In this document: positions 7,074 to 18,289 of the stretch, piece after piece
Layout of the letters: each line of letters begins with the position of its first letter
How positions within the stretch are numbered: the first letter of the stretch is position 1
Assembly: GCA_041674405.1 (NCBI GenBank)
Contig: JBAYVT010000006.1
Span: forward strand, 1 to 32,000
Source of the DNA: Patescibacteria group bacterium
Lineage (GTDB): Bacteria > Patescibacteriota > UBA1384 > XYA2-FULL-43-10
Reading direction: 5' to 3'
Length of the DNA stretch: 32,000 nucleotides
The notes under the pieces: generated by a model
What the model was told of the DNA's origin: nothing
The model's input: only the letters and a program-made list of their open reading frames with translations
The model's database searches: none
Program-made: the position numbers and the translations under genes

Positions 7074-10000
7074 ATGGGAGATTTTTTAAGAAAATTTAGC
7101 GCACTTACCAAGCTCAGGAGACAGAGAAAAGAGCGCAGTTTTGACATGGAAAAGTTGTCTTACGATCAAGCCAGGGAAAAATTCTCCAAAATATTTGAAG
7201 GCAAAATAACCGAGATCAAATCAGAAGCAGAAGCTATTCCGCAGAAATATTCGGAGATTAAATCTGATGCTCATGCTAAACATGGAAGAGAGCTTCGACG
7301 AATAGAGCGGCAGAAGGCCAGGGAATTAAAAAAACTTTCAAACGAAGAAAGATACGTCAGGTCTCGAATCAAGTACATCGAAGCCGGCGGAACAAAAACG
7401 ACATTTTCTGTATTCAAGTCTCTTGATTCAAACTTGAAGCACCGGTTTTCTTGGTATGAAAAATGGAGTTTAAATCCGCTTTCTGCCAAGGTAAATTTAT
7501 CGGCTGCAGGGATTTATATATTTGCCTTTTTGTTTGTAGTTTCCTTTTTTGCCCAGATACCAAAAGTCTCGGATGCAAGCGGGACATATGCTTGGAAATC
7601 TACCAAGGTCGCCCAGATAGATGCCAAAAGCAGCCAAGACGTGCCGAACCTTGACAATTCATCGGAACCGCAAAAATCGATCAGTGTAGATAATGTCACG
7701 GTAAATTTTTCCGATCAAAATAAAACAGCCTCGACAGAAATTGCGGCGACCATCGGCGGCAACAATGAGACTAATGCGGTGAAATTTACCCTGCTGCAAT
7801 CAAGCGGAGAAAAAAGTGAGTCAGTTTCTAAAAACAGAAGCATTTGGCAGAAAATTGCTGGTATTTTTCAGGCCGAAGCTGAAGATTCCAACGAAGCTAA
7901 TCCTGGAACAGGCGAGATAAAAGAAGCTACTGGTATCGAGGTAATATCAAGCGATGAGAAAAATAGCGTCACTTATAAGGTGAACGACAATCTGGATTTG
8001 GCGTATGAGGTTACGAAGGATGCTGGATCTGCAAAAATTAAAGAAACAGCAATCATAAAGGATGCAATTGCACTATCGAATGACAAATTATTGTTTGATG
8101 TGAATCTTTCTGGGCTCTCTGCGGTAGCACATGATGATGGATCGTATGATCTGGTTTCTGGGGATGGAGAATTAGTGATGCAAATTGCAGCTCCGACAAT
8201 TTTTGATGCTGAACAAAATAGCGGAATGGTAAATTTGGCGATCGACGAAACTGATGGCTCGGCCACATATTCTATTGATCCGGAATTTGTTAAAACAGCC
8301 AAGTATCCACTTTATCTAGATCCGACGGTTACAATTACCACATCCACAACCACAAACCCAAATTCTTATTCCAAGGATCACACCCTGTTTGAGGCGACCA
8401 ATGGTTCGATGGTAAATATCTATTCCGATGGGTCAAGCCTGTATTATACGATTTCGTCGGATCATGGCAATACTTGGGGGGCTGGTACAAAAATTCTGGA
8501 TACGGCTACCGCCGATGATACTGGTTTTTCCGGTTGGATGACTGCCGACAATAAGATTCATCTGGTTTACTCAAATAACGGAACGAATTCCTATATTTTT
8601 TATCGCGCCCTGACATTTGATACTGGAACCAATGCCATAACTTCGACAGGTACTGAATACACCGTCGAATCTGCCGGTACCAGCCAGGCTTTTCCTTCGG
8701 TTACTGTGAGTACTGCCGCCACAATTTATGTTGCTTACAGATACTATGACGGGGCGAATTATACGATTAAAGTAAAACCCTCGACAGCCACGGACGGTTC
8801 AACATGGGATACTGCAGCTACAATATCATCTGGAACAAATGCTTCTGCCGCAACATATCCAGAGCTCACACTCTGGGGGGACAATCCAGCAGTGGTCTAT
8901 AATTTTGCAAACGGAAGCTTCCGCTGGAATTATTATAATGGATCGGCTTGGCAGGCAGCTGGCTGGACGAATGAAAATATCTCAAATGAAGTTGATGCTG
9001 ATACGGGATTAGAATTTTCCTTAAGCCAGGCAACAAGTGATCACTTTCTACACCTTGCCTGGCGGGGATCAAGTACAAATGGCATCTTGTATCGCAAGCT
9101 TGCTAGCGCATCAGATACATCAAAATGGGATTCGGCATCGCAGGCCGTTACATCTTCTCATGATGATCGTTATCCGAATCTGGGTTTGGGTTTGAATGAC
9201 GCGCTATATCTATACTATAGCGAATACGTTGGAGCCAATTCATACAATGTTAAATATGTAGAAAAAGTTGGAAACACCGCCTTTGGGTCAACTAAGGTTT
9301 CTGTCACGACTGACAATGCCAATAATCTGATTCCAAAAGCAGCAATGAAGGGTACAAGCGTCCAAATTGCTGCGTATCCAGCGAGTGCTTATGATTTGAG
9401 TTTTAGTGGAAGCAGCCAGTATGTCAATATCGGCTCTGGATATGATAATTTTACATCCGGTCTAACATTTAGCATCTGGGCTTATCCAACAAATACGAAC
9501 GGCTGGGGTAGATATTTTGATCTTGCCAATGGCTCTGCAAATAATAATATCATGTTCGCGCGTAACGGAACGACTACAAACTTAACTTATGATATTTACA
9601 ATGGCGCAACAAGTGGAGGAAGTGTTACAGCAAATGGGGTGATCGAGCTAAATAAATGGCAACACTTTGTCGTTACCGAAACTGCGAGCGGAGTCGTAAC
9701 GATCTACAAAAACGGATCAGTCGTCGGTGGATCTGCGAGTTTTATTCTTCCCAATAATATTACTAGGACATCGAATTATATTGCCAAGAGCAACTGGCCA
9801 GATCCTTACTACGCTGGGCAAATTGATGAACCACAGATTTACAATAGAGCACTTACTTCAGATGAGGTTACTGCTCTCTATAACGGCGGGTCAATTTCAC
9901 AGCTATATTTTTCCTCAGGCTTAGTTGCCGGCTGGCATCTCGAAGAAAACTCTGGAACCTCAATTGCAGATTATTCAGGAAATGGTTATACAGGAGCATT

Positions 10001-13000
10001 ACAGGGTCCACCCACATGGGTGTCTCAGGGTTCCGGTGGCGTCTATACGGTTCCTGCAATTAGTATTTCTTCTTATTCCCCGGTAGTTTTTGTTTCCGGT
10101 ACCGGCCCATCTTATGATATTAATTATGCTCCAACGGTGAAGGTTTGGAGCGCGGCTGCAGATGGAAACTGGGAAACGGATGCTAATTGGACGCCAAGCG
10201 GCGCTCCGGCTGCAGGCGACATAGTATTATTTGACGGGACATCAACCAAGAATTGTACTGTTACGACTTATACCGGTAGTGCTGGAGGGATGGGTATTGC
10301 TGACGGCATAGGAAGCGTTTCCTTGAATCCCGGTTATACTGGGACGATTACATTCCAAAAAAAGCCTTCGCAAAATGCTGACCCGTACAAAATTAATATT
10401 GCGGGAGATTTTGCCATTAATGCAGGAACCGTACTATCGCAAGGAGATACCTCTGTTGCTCACGGTGGGGTGACTGATGGGCGTGGTAATGAATACGGTT
10501 CTTTGAACCTGATTATTGGTTCGTCTGGAACCTTAAGCGCAGACAGTCTCGGGTTTCCAGCGTTCTCAGGGCCTGGGTATGGTGGTACGGGTACTTATGG
10601 AGGCCAAGGTTACTATAGTTCAGCAAACACATATGGTGATTTTTCAAATCCAGTAAGTTTGGGAAGTGGGAGTGCTAATGGTATAAGTGGCGGCGTATCT
10701 GGAGGCGGAGCAATGCTTATAAGCGTTACAGATACCGCAGACATATCGGGCACAATGTCAGCAAATGGCCAAACTTCAGGCGCTTACGCTGGAGCAGGCG
10801 GATCTGGAGGCTCTGTCAACGTGTCTGCCAAGACAATATCAAATAGCAGCGGAGGTGGTGTTATCTCCACAGAAGGTGGAGATGCCACATACACCTCTGC
10901 CGGTGGCAGTCCTGGCGGCGGCGGACGAATTAGCCTTCAAGCAACAACAATCAGCTATAACGGAACTCTAACAGCCGCAGGTGGAGTTTGGAACGCCAGC
11001 CGTTATGCTTCTGCCGGTACTATATTTAAAAAGGCCGGAGGCCAGAGCTACGGAGATCTTATTATTGACAATGGCACCAATGCTCCAGACTGGCGCATCT
11101 TCGGTGCTGCTCATTTAAAGGGCATAAACGATACGGGATCATATCAATTCGACAATCTGATAATCCAAAATTATGGAAAACTCGCTATAGATACCGGTCA
11201 AACTTTTGATCTTACAGGCGGCGTAACAGGTGGGGACAAAAATGCCGGTGTTATAAACGCAGGTACAATCACAACTCCTTCGACTTGGACACTGAATTAT
11301 TTTTTTGCTGACAAAAATGGTACGATTACAAACCTAGCAAACAAAGATATCATTGTCTCCTCAACCGGCCGCCTAACTCATTACGCAAACGCCAATCTTG
11401 AAACTTATAAATTAAATTGGCAAATAAATAACTTTACCGTTCAATCAGGCGGGGAAGTAATTACCTCAGGTGTCGGTTATGCGGCTGGACAAGGAACTGG
11501 TTATACAAGTGGTGCAGGTTCGAGTTATGGGGGGGATGGATACGCCGCAAGCACCACCAAAGCCTACGGAGATTATTCGAACCCAATCAATCTCGGAAGC
11601 GGCGGGTCGTATGCCGGTGGCGGCGGGGCAATTATCTTGAATGTTACAAATACACTAGACATTTCGGGGACAGGTATTATTTTGGCAGATGGCCTGAGTC
11701 ATGGGTCAATGAATAATAGCGCCGGCTCTGGCGGTTCAGTTAATCTGACCGCATCTTCTATCACCAACTCCGGTGGTGGGGGCTCAATCACAGCTAATGG
11801 TGGAAATTGTACTTTTTCCGGCGGCGGTTTCCAGCCGGGCGGCGGCGGCGGACGAATAAAACTCGAGGCGACTACGATTAGCTATAACGGAACAATTACT
11901 GCGGTCGGAGGATATAACGGCAACATGTATGCCTCTGGGGGCACAATTTACAAAAAGGCCGGTGGCCAGAGTTACGGTGATCTGATTATCAATAATGGAA
12001 CAAATACGCCTTTAGTGAGAAACCAGTTAAGTGCCCATCTTAAAACTTCGACCGATAATGGCACTTATCAATTTGATTCGATAACATTTTCCGGTTATGG
12101 CAGGTTGGTTGTCGACGCAAACCAAACCCTAAAACTCGACTCTGGCACGATAAGCGGTAACAAAACATCGGGAATTGTAAATGCTGGTACTATTAATGTG
12201 CCGGATAGTTGGAGCTTGAACCATTATTATTCTGACAAAGGTGGCACGATTACGAATTCGTCAAGTAAAAGTTTGACAATTACCTCAACAGGCCTTATGA
12301 CCCACTATCCGAATACGACTGATGAAACATATAAATTGAACTTAAATCTTTCAGGCCTGACCGTCCAATCAACTGGCGAGATCAATGTTGGTGAGATGGG
12401 CAATCAAACCGGGTATGGAAGTGGTTATGCAGCTGGAGTCGGTGCATCTCACGGCGGTGTCGGCGGAAGCTCAACTGCAGCTAAAACTTATGGTGATTAT
12501 ACCAATCCGATCAATATTGGAAGCGGTGGTAGCGGTAATGGCGGTGGCGGTAATGGCGGTGGCGCAGCAATTATCAATGTAACCAATTCGCTTGATATTA
12601 GCGGAACAATTTCGGCTTCTGGCGGTACATACCCGGGAGCCTGTTATGACTATGGATCAAGCGGTGGAAGTATTAATCTAACGGCCGGACAAATTACGGG
12701 CAGCGGCTATCTGTATGCACTTGGCGGAACCGTCAATTTTGGCTGTGCTGCACGTGACGGCGGCGGCGGCGGACGAATTAAAGCAGAAGCGACATCGATA
12801 GCGGGGACTTTGCATTATTCCGCGGCAGGCGCGCCAGGGGCTGGCACCCGCGGTGGATCTGCTGGTACGATTTACAAAAAAATAACCGGGGAATCAACCG
12901 GCGATCTTATTATCGATAATTCAACTACAAGCGCTACTGCATATACTCCCCTAACGATGCCTGTTTCTCTGAAAGTTTTAACGCTGCAAAGCAATGGCAG

Positions 13001-16000
13001 GCTTGAGGCAAATCCGAATGCTGACTCGGGCCAAAATGCCTTTTCAATCTCAGGGGATTTGACCATTGCTTCTGGAACTACAATGAGTGTGAAAGGAGAT
13101 GCTGACGGGACCCCTGCTGCAGGTTCTTGGCCGGCACTAACGGTCGGAGGTAGCGCGAGCATTGCTGGCACGCTGACAGCAACTGGCAATGGTTTCATTC
13201 ACGATACCGGTCCCGAAAGTGGTAAAGGGTTAGTTGCTGGTGGAAATGGTTCCGGTGGCGGTTATGGCGGCGCGGGGGGAAATTCGGCCGGCGGCGCCGT
13301 TGGGGGCCAAACTTACGGAGATCAGAGGAACAACAATTATCTTGGCTCCGGCGGTGGAAATACGAATGGCGGATCCGGCGGCGGAATGGTCAAGCTTTCT
13401 GTGGCTGGTAACTTGGCGCTTTCGACGACAGGTATTATTTCTTCGGATGGCAATGCTGGTGGCGCAAATGGCGGTGGTGGTTCCGGCGGATCAGTCCAGA
13501 TTGTTACCGGCGGTACTTTGTCCGGATCCGGAAGTGCTAAGATCACCACAAATGGGGGAGCTGGCGGTAGTGCTGGTGGCGGCGGTGGCGGCGGACGCGT
13601 TACCATTTATACGGCAAGTGATTCCTATACAGGTGCGCTGACGGCAAATGGAGGCACCAAGGGCACAGGAGCCCAGGATGGTTCTGCTGGTACCATACTG
13701 AATCAACATTCACCGACGGCACCAACAATTACTTCGCCAACCGATGCGGCAACCGGTCAAGTGCAAAGGATAGCTTTTCACTTTAATTCGACAGATATCG
13801 ATACTGACTGGATTCAATACAAATTACAATTAGCTACAGATTCCGGTATTACGCAAAACGTCTCAACTTTCGACGAAACGGTTTCACAATCTCCGTCTGA
13901 TGGCGGCCGATCTGCAGCTTTTTCAAATCAGAATATGACAACCGGAAAGGCGGCTGGGACCGATGGCTATGAATCGGGACGCGATGCAATTTTGACGCTA
14001 ACTTCGGATTTAACTCAAGGTGCGACTTACTATTATCGCGTGTATGCCTATGACCCGGAGGGTGTTGATTCGTTTGATGGTACGCAGCACTGGTCTATCG
14101 CTTCGAGCGTACAATCATTCACGGTTGCGGCTATCGACCGCATCGCTTTTTCAACTGCACAGCAGGAAATCGTGGTGACTTTCTGTTCGGCAGAGATGAC
14201 GATAAACTTGAGAAATTCAGCGAATACCAACATGAATTTGACTGCTGATGACGGCTCAAAGACAATTCATTTGGCATCAACCTCATCAGGTGGAAAATTT
14301 TATTCCGACGGCAATTGCCAATCGGAGCTTTCCGGCGCAAATGTCACAATTGCCCCGGGAAATTCAGCCTCAACCTTCTATTACAAAGACACGGTTCCGT
14401 CCGCGGTAGGAGGATATTGGAATATCACTGCGGCCGAGTCTCCATCAGCCGGCTGGACGGATGGATCGCAAAATATTCGGATCAAAGCAGGTGATTTTGG
14501 TTCTTTCGAGATTACTGGCGCACCAGCCACCATTGTTGCTGGCCAAGCCTTCTCGTCACCGGCAAACGATATTACCGTGACGGTGAAAGATGTATTTGGC
14601 AATGTAAAGAACGACTGGATCGGGGAAATTTGGTTCTATTCTTCCGATTCCCAGGCAACCTTTCCTTACAATGATTCGAGCAAATATACTTTCACATCGG
14701 GAGAGGGATTAGATAACGGCACCCACACCTTCGCGGGGACAGGATTTACTTACAAAACGAAGGGCAACCAATCTCTTGTAGTTCACAACTCGGAAGGCAG
14801 CGAACATGATGCCGTGACAAATGTGGCAGTCACGCCGGCTGCAACGGATCATTTTGGCCTTGCCAGTTATCCGAAGACCACGCAAGGATATTTTGCCATG
14901 GCCTCATTTGCCTGGAATACGCCGGGTTACTCGAATGCTCCGTATACGCCAGCAGTGACTGTTTATGACCAATTCAACAACGTCAAAGACAATTTCACCG
15001 GCAGTGTCTGGTTTGAATTATACAAATCGTCCGACACACCGGGAAATCCAGGTGACTCAACTGCCAGCTATTCTTTTGACAATGATTATACCAATCCTTA
15101 TACCTTTACTTCCGGCACAGGGAATGACAACGGCGCGCACGCATTTGCCGGTAGTGGGTTTATAGTGAATTCTGCCGGATCAGATTTGCGATTCAGGGTT
15201 AAAACCACAGACAATGGCAATAAATACTCTGATTTCACAATTTCGGTAAAACCGCAGGCGATCGATCACTTTGGCATCACCGCCTCCCCGACGCTTTCCA
15301 GAGGTGGCACAGACTGGGAGAAAGCAGTGGACTCGACCTTTACTGAAGATGTGACGGTCACTGCTTATGATGCGTTTGGCAATGTAAAAACCGATTATGG
15401 ATATGATGAAAATACCAAGGCGGGAATGATTTATTTTTATTCATCCGACACATATGCAGTGTTGCCATATTACAAAACCGTTTCAACCGATTCCACGCAT
15501 TGTTACAATTTTCCGGCCGATAATACCGGTACTTACACATTTACCCCAGAGAATACGCCGACAAATTACTTCATGTTTCGTACTGGAGGATACCAAACAA
15601 TTTCAGCATCAGAATGTATCGATCCAACCTCCGATTATGCAACCAATGTGAATACCAATCGTTATGATCCAAGGCTTGAGGGGACAAACCCATTAAAACT
15701 TGCTGCTTCGATTGGTTCTCTTCCTGCCGCGAATGCTACGCCTAACAAAGTATTTGTGTCACAGCATGTGCCAGGGTCAAATCATACAGCAACAGCCCAC
15801 ACAAATGATGCCAACGATCTTATTTCGGCAGCACCTGGCCACCAACAGGCAACTATCTCCTGGTACAATCCATTCGACGTGCCGTCTGATTCCAATGTTC
15901 ATCCTCAGGTTTATGTTTATCGTTGTACTCTTACCGATTGTAATGATCCGGAAAATTTCCAAAAAATTATAACCAATCCTTCCGAAGTTGCCGCAACTCC

Positions 16001-18287
16001 ATCGACTTGGGGTTCATATACCGATACCGGCCTTACAAACGGCCAGGATTACTATTATCGCCTAAGCTATGCCTACGAAAAACAAGATAGCACCTACCTC
16101 GAGAGTGGATTTTCTAATATTGTTACCGTTCAGCCGGCGGATATCGCGCCGAGAAATATTACAGCAGAACAGCTGGATGTAAGCGACCCGACCAATCCTG
16201 GAAAAATTAAAATCAATTATGATTTAAGGTGGGCTTCGACCATTTCGATTGCATATTTCGATCCTGACTTAAATTCGTGGCACAACGCATCATCTTCGGC
16301 GCAGTCTGGCGATGTCGGGGCGGGGATAACCGGGGATGAGAATCTGATCAGCCATATTGCCTATCTGGATCCGAACGTCGATTTTGATGGCAAATATCTC
16401 GAAGATTCATTTAAGATCAGGGTCAAAGCGCAGGTTAACGGGAATAACGCTTATTCTGATTCAGCGACGATGGATTTGGATTCAAAGAATCCGGTCTCGA
16501 CTTTGGTAGTCGACGCAACGGCGGGGAGTACTGCCAATTTGGCTATTACCGGCACAGACGATACGGGACCGCTCAAAATGATGGTTTCGACGCATGCGGA
16601 TTACAATGGGGCAAGCTGGGAATCGTTTGCAACTTCAAAATCTAATCTGGATATCACAGGTGCCACTAATGTGTATCTTAAAGTCCGCGACAACTTCAAC
16701 AACATTACCGAAGTTATCACCCCATTAACCTCTGCGCCAACCAATATTCAAATCAAGGATGCGTCCGATATTACATCGGGTGATTATCGCTTGGCGATTA
16801 TTTGGCATTCGGTTCCCGGCGCTGCCCATTACAATATTCTACGCACGACCGACGGCTCAACATATAACAAGATTTCTGAAGCAACTGAAAACGGATATCT
16901 GAATATGAACTTAAGCCAGGGAACGACTTATGGGTATAAGGTTACAGCTCAGGATTCTTCCGGCAATATTTCCTTGCCGGCCGGGCCGGTTTCATCCGAG
17001 CCTGGAAGTGCGCCGGATGTGACATCGCCGCCACAAGTAGAAATTTTCGGCTGGAAGCAGGATGTTGGAGTTCGCGTAAGAGTCACCTGGCATACCGATC
17101 AAAGCTCTGATTCATTTGTAGCGTATTCAACCGATCCATTGTCTTCCGGCACAGCTTTAACCACCACCAATGGCACAACCGATTCAGTAAAAGTTGTCGG
17201 TTCTCCTGATCTTAAAACAGATCATGAGATAATGCTCTACAACCTCAATCCTTCAACAAAATATTACTTCAAGGTGCTTTCCAAAAACCAAATTCAGATT
17301 ACGGGAGCATCGGATGTCTACGATTTCACAACTCCAGAGCGCATTCTTCTCACAATTTCAGGCCTTAAGATATTGGATATTACAAATACCCAAGCCTTGG
17401 TATCCTGGACAACCTCCAAGCTGTCCACGACAAAATTGGAGTATGGAAAGAGCGTAAACTATGAAAGTAATATTCTCGATGAGACAATGAACACAGATCA
17501 CAAGTTCCAGCTGACCAATTTAACTGCCGGTGAGTATCATTTACGTGTAAATGCGACTGATTCGGATGGGAATGTAACAATTTCTGATGATTACACCTTC
17601 ACAATTCCGGAAACCCCGGTAATTTCGGGTCTTTCAATTTCAGAGGTTGGCGACAACGGCGCTACAATATCTTGGACTACCAATGTCCCCTGCGATTCGA
17701 ACGTTGATTTTGTTGCCAGCGATAAGGTGGGAGGATCGCAAGGCGATGGCACCAGGCTAACCACACACAAGGTAAAATTGATCGGGTTGGATTCAAAGAC
17801 AACTTATTCAATCAAAGCAAGATCGACCGACCAATATGGTAATGTGGCACTATCCGGCGAACAATCATTCACGACAACTGCAGACACACAAGCACCACAA
17901 ATTTTGAACCAAAAATCGGAAGTTTCTTCGACTGGGGCAGGAGATTCTATTAAATATCAATTGATAGTCTCCTGGGAAACCGATGAACCCGCTACTTCCA
18001 AGATAGAGTATGCCGCAGGTATGGGTGAAAATTATGATTCTGCCTCGCGCGAGGATCTATCACTTAATATGACGCACGTAGTCATAATCTCTGATCTTAA
18101 GCCAAATTCGCTGTATCATTTCCGTATCAAGAGCATGGATAAAGCCGGAAATACTGCATATTCCGATGACTACACCATTACTACGCCACCAAAAGAAAAA
18201 AATATCCTGACAATTATTATCAATGCCGTAATTGGGCCGATTAATGATATTTATTCAGGGCTGATGCAAAAATTTAGATTGAGGTAA
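7074..18287 (+). CDS. Giant (3737 aa) surface-exposed multidomain protein: cytoplasmic charged N-terminus, signal anchor, propeller-like and LamG-like domains, Gly-rich beta-helix-like repeats, Ig-like repeats, FN3-like C-terminus
   Basis: A single uninterrupted ORF. Coiled-coil-like Lys/Glu/Arg-rich N-terminus, then TM (AAGIYIFAFLFVVSFFAQI). LamG/ConA-like SGSSQYVNIGSGYDNFTSGLTFSIWAYPT..WQHFVVTETASGVVTIYKNGS..GQIDEPQIYNRALTSDEVTALYNGG at ~9388-9890. Repeated GGSVNLTA..SGGGSITANGG..GGGGGRI.LEATTISYNGT modules. Terminal FN3-like motifs (LKPNSLYHFRIKSMDKAGNTAYSDDYTITTPP). Confidence 0.9.
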   Translation: MGDFLRKFSALTKLRRQRKERSFDMEKLSYDQAREKFSKIFEGKITEIKSEAEAIPQKYSEIKSDAHAKHGRELRRIERQKARELKKLSNEERYVRSRIKYIEAGGTKTTFSVFKSLDSNLKHRFSWYEKWSLNPLSAKVNLSAAGIYIFAFLFVVSFFAQIPKVSDASGTYAWKSTKVAQIDAKSSQDVPNLDNSSEPQKSISVDNVTVNFSDQNKTASTEIAATIGGNNETNAVKFTLLQSSGEKSESVSKNRSIWQKIAGIFQAEAEDSNEANPGTGEIKEATGIEVISSDEKNSVTYKVNDNLDLAYEVTKDAGSAKIKETAIIKDAIALSNDKLLFDVNLSGLSAVAHDDGSYDLVSGDGELVMQIAAPTIFDAEQNSGMVNLAIDETDGSATYSIDPEFVKTAKYPLYLDPTVTITTSTTTNPNSYSKDHTLFEATNGSMVNIYSDGSSLYYTISSDHGNTWGAGTKILDTATADDTGFSGWMTADNKIHLVYSNNGTNSYIFYRALTFDTGTNAITSTGTEYTVESAGTSQAFPSVTVSTAATIYVAYRYYDGANYTIKVKPSTATDGSTWDTAATISSGTNASAATYPELTLWGDNPAVVYNFANGSFRWNYYNGSAWQAAGWTNENISNEVDADTGLEFSLSQATSDHFLHLAWRGSSTNGILYRKLASASDTSKWDSASQAVTSSHDDRYPNLGLGLNDALYLYYSEYVGANSYNVKYVEKVGNTAFGSTKVSVTTDNANNLIPKAAMKGTSVQIAAYPASAYDLSFSGSSQYVNIGSGYDNFTSGLTFSIWAYPTNTNGWGRYFDLANGSANNNIMFARNGTTTNLTYDIYNGATSGGSVTANGVIELNKWQHFVVTETASGVVTIYKNGSVVGGSASFILPNNITRTSNYIAKSNWPDPYYAGQIDEPQIYNRALTSDEVTALYNGGSISQLYFSSGLVAGWHLEENSGTSIADYSGNGYTGALQGPPTWVSQGSGGVYTVPAISISSYSPVVFVSGTGPSYDINYAPTVKVWSAAADGNWETDANWTPSGAPAAGDIVLFDGTSTKNCTVTTYTGSAGGMGIADGIGSVSLNPGYTGTITFQKKPSQNADPYKINIAGDFAINAGTVLSQGDTSVAHGGVTDGRGNEYGSLNLIIGSSGTLSADSLGFPAFSGPGYGGTGTYGGQGYYSSANTYGDFSNPVSLGSGSANGISGGVSGGGAMLISVTDTADISGTMSANGQTSGAYAGAGGSGGSVNVSAKTISNSSGGGVISTEGGDATYTSAGGSPGGGGRISLQATTISYNGTLTAAGGVWNASRYASAGTIFKKAGGQSYGDLIIDNGTNAPDWRIFGAAHLKGINDTGSYQFDNLIIQNYGKLAIDTGQTFDLTGGVTGGDKNAGVINAGTITTPSTWTLNYFFADKNGTITNLANKDIIVSSTGRLTHYANANLETYKLNWQINNFTVQSGGEVITSGVGYAAGQGTGYTSGAGSSYGGDGYAASTTKAYGDYSNPINLGSGGSYAGGGGAIILNVTNTLDISGTGIILADGLSHGSMNNSAGSGGSVNLTASSITNSGGGGSITANGGNCTFSGGGFQPGGGGGRIKLEATTISYNGTITAVGGYNGNMYASGGTIYKKAGGQSYGDLIINNGTNTPLVRNQLSAHLKTSTDNGTYQFDSITFSGYGRLVVDANQTLKLDSGTISGNKTSGIVNAGTINVPDSWSLNHYYSDKGGTITNSSSKSLTITSTGLMTHYPNTTDETYKLNLNLSGLTVQSTGEINVGEMGNQTGYGSGYAAGVGASHGGVGGSSTAAKTYGDYTNPINIGSGGSGNGGGGNGGGAAIINVTNSLDISGTISASGGTYPGACYDYGSSGGSINLTAGQITGSGYLYALGGTVNFGCAARDGGGGGRIKAEATSIAGTLHYSAAGAPGAGTRGGSAGTIYKKITGESTGDLIIDNSTTSATAYTPLTMPVSLKVLTLQSNGRLEANPNADSGQNAFSISGDLTIASGTTMSVKGDADGTPAAGSWPALTVGGSASIAGTLTATGNGFIHDTGPESGKGLVAGGNGSGGGYGGAGGNSAGGAVGGQTYGDQRNNNYLGSGGGNTNGGSGGGMVKLSVAGNLALSTTGIISSDGNAGGANGGGGSGGSVQIVTGGTLSGSGSAKITTNGGAGGSAGGGGGGGRVTIYTASDSYTGALTANGGTKGTGAQDGSAGTILNQHSPTAPTITSPTDAATGQVQRIAFHFNSTDIDTDWIQYKLQLATDSGITQNVSTFDETVSQSPSDGGRSAAFSNQNMTTGKAAGTDGYESGRDAILTLTSDLTQGATYYYRVYAYDPEGVDSFDGTQHWSIASSVQSFTVAAIDRIAFSTAQQEIVVTFCSAEMTINLRNSANTNMNLTADDGSKTIHLASTSSGGKFYSDGNCQSELSGANVTIAPGNSASTFYYKDTVPSAVGGYWNITAAESPSAGWTDGSQNIRIKAGDFGSFEITGAPATIVAGQAFSSPANDITVTVKDVFGNVKNDWIGEIWFYSSDSQATFPYNDSSKYTFTSGEGLDNGTHTFAGTGFTYKTKGNQSLVVHNSEGSEHDAVTNVAVTPAATDHFGLASYPKTTQGYFAMASFAWNTPGYSNAPYTPAVTVYDQFNNVKDNFTGSVWFELYKSSDTPGNPGDSTASYSFDNDYTNPYTFTSGTGNDNGAHAFAGSGFIVNSAGSDLRFRVKTTDNGNKYSDFTISVKPQAIDHFGITASPTLSRGGTDWEKAVDSTFTEDVTVTAYDAFGNVKTDYGYDENTKAGMIYFYSSDTYAVLPYYKTVSTDSTHCYNFPADNTGTYTFTPENTPTNYFMFRTGGYQTISASECIDPTSDYATNVNTNRYDPRLEGTNPLKLAASIGSLPAANATPNKVFVSQHVPGSNHTATAHTNDANDLISAAPGHQQATISWYNPFDVPSDSNVHPQVYVYRCTLTDCNDPENFQKIITNPSEVAATPSTWGSYTDTGLTNGQDYYYRLSYAYEKQDSTYLESGFSNIVTVQPADIAPRNITAEQLDVSDPTNPGKIKINYDLRWASTISIAYFDPDLNSWHNASSSAQSGDVGAGITGDENLISHIAYLDPNVDFDGKYLEDSFKIRVKAQVNGNNAYSDSATMDLDSKNPVSTLVVDATAGSTANLAITGTDDTGPLKMMVSTHADYNGASWESFATSKSNLDITGATNVYLKVRDNFNNITEVITPLTSAPTNIQIKDASDITSGDYRLAIIWHSVPGAAHYNILRTTDGSTYNKISEATENGYLNMNLSQGTTYGYKVTAQDSSGNISLPAGPVSSEPGSAPDVTSPPQVEIFGWKQDVGVRVRVTWHTDQSSDSFVAYSTDPLSSGTALTTTNGTTDSVKVVGSPDLKTDHEIMLYNLNPSTKYYFKVLSKNQIQITGASDVYDFTTPERILLTISGLKILDITNTQALVSWTTSKLSTTKLEYGKSVNYESNILDETMNTDHKFQLTNLTAGEYHLRVNATDSDGNVTISDDYTFTIPETPVISGLSISEVGDNGATISWTTNVPCDSNVDFVASDKVGGSQGDGTRLTTHKVKLIGLDSKTTYSIKARSTDQYGNVALSGEQSFTTTADTQAPQILNQKSEVSSTGAGDSIKYQLIVSWETDEPATSKIEYAAGMGENYDSASREDLSLNMTHVVIISDLKPNSLYHFRIKSMDKAGNTAYSDDYTITTPPKEKNILTIIINAVIGPINDIYSGLMQKFRLR
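10440..13710 (+). repeat. Intragenic imperfect tandem Gly-rich beta-helix-like modules, period ~925 nt (~308 aa) for the best-matched units
   Basis: The linker gccagagctacggagatcttatt (11041) recurs as gccagagttacggtgatctgatt (11965) and gaatcaaccggcgatcttatt (12891), spacing 924 and 926 nt. A fourth, more divergent Gly-rich unit lies at ~13210-13700. Confidence 0.8.
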
Positions 18288-18289
18288 AA

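Noticed and set aside
12872-13641. Long overlapping ORFs on both strands inside the giant gene
   Set aside because: Gly-rich GGN codons suppress stop codons in other frames. These ORFs lack motifs and are fully embedded in a well-supported coding frame.
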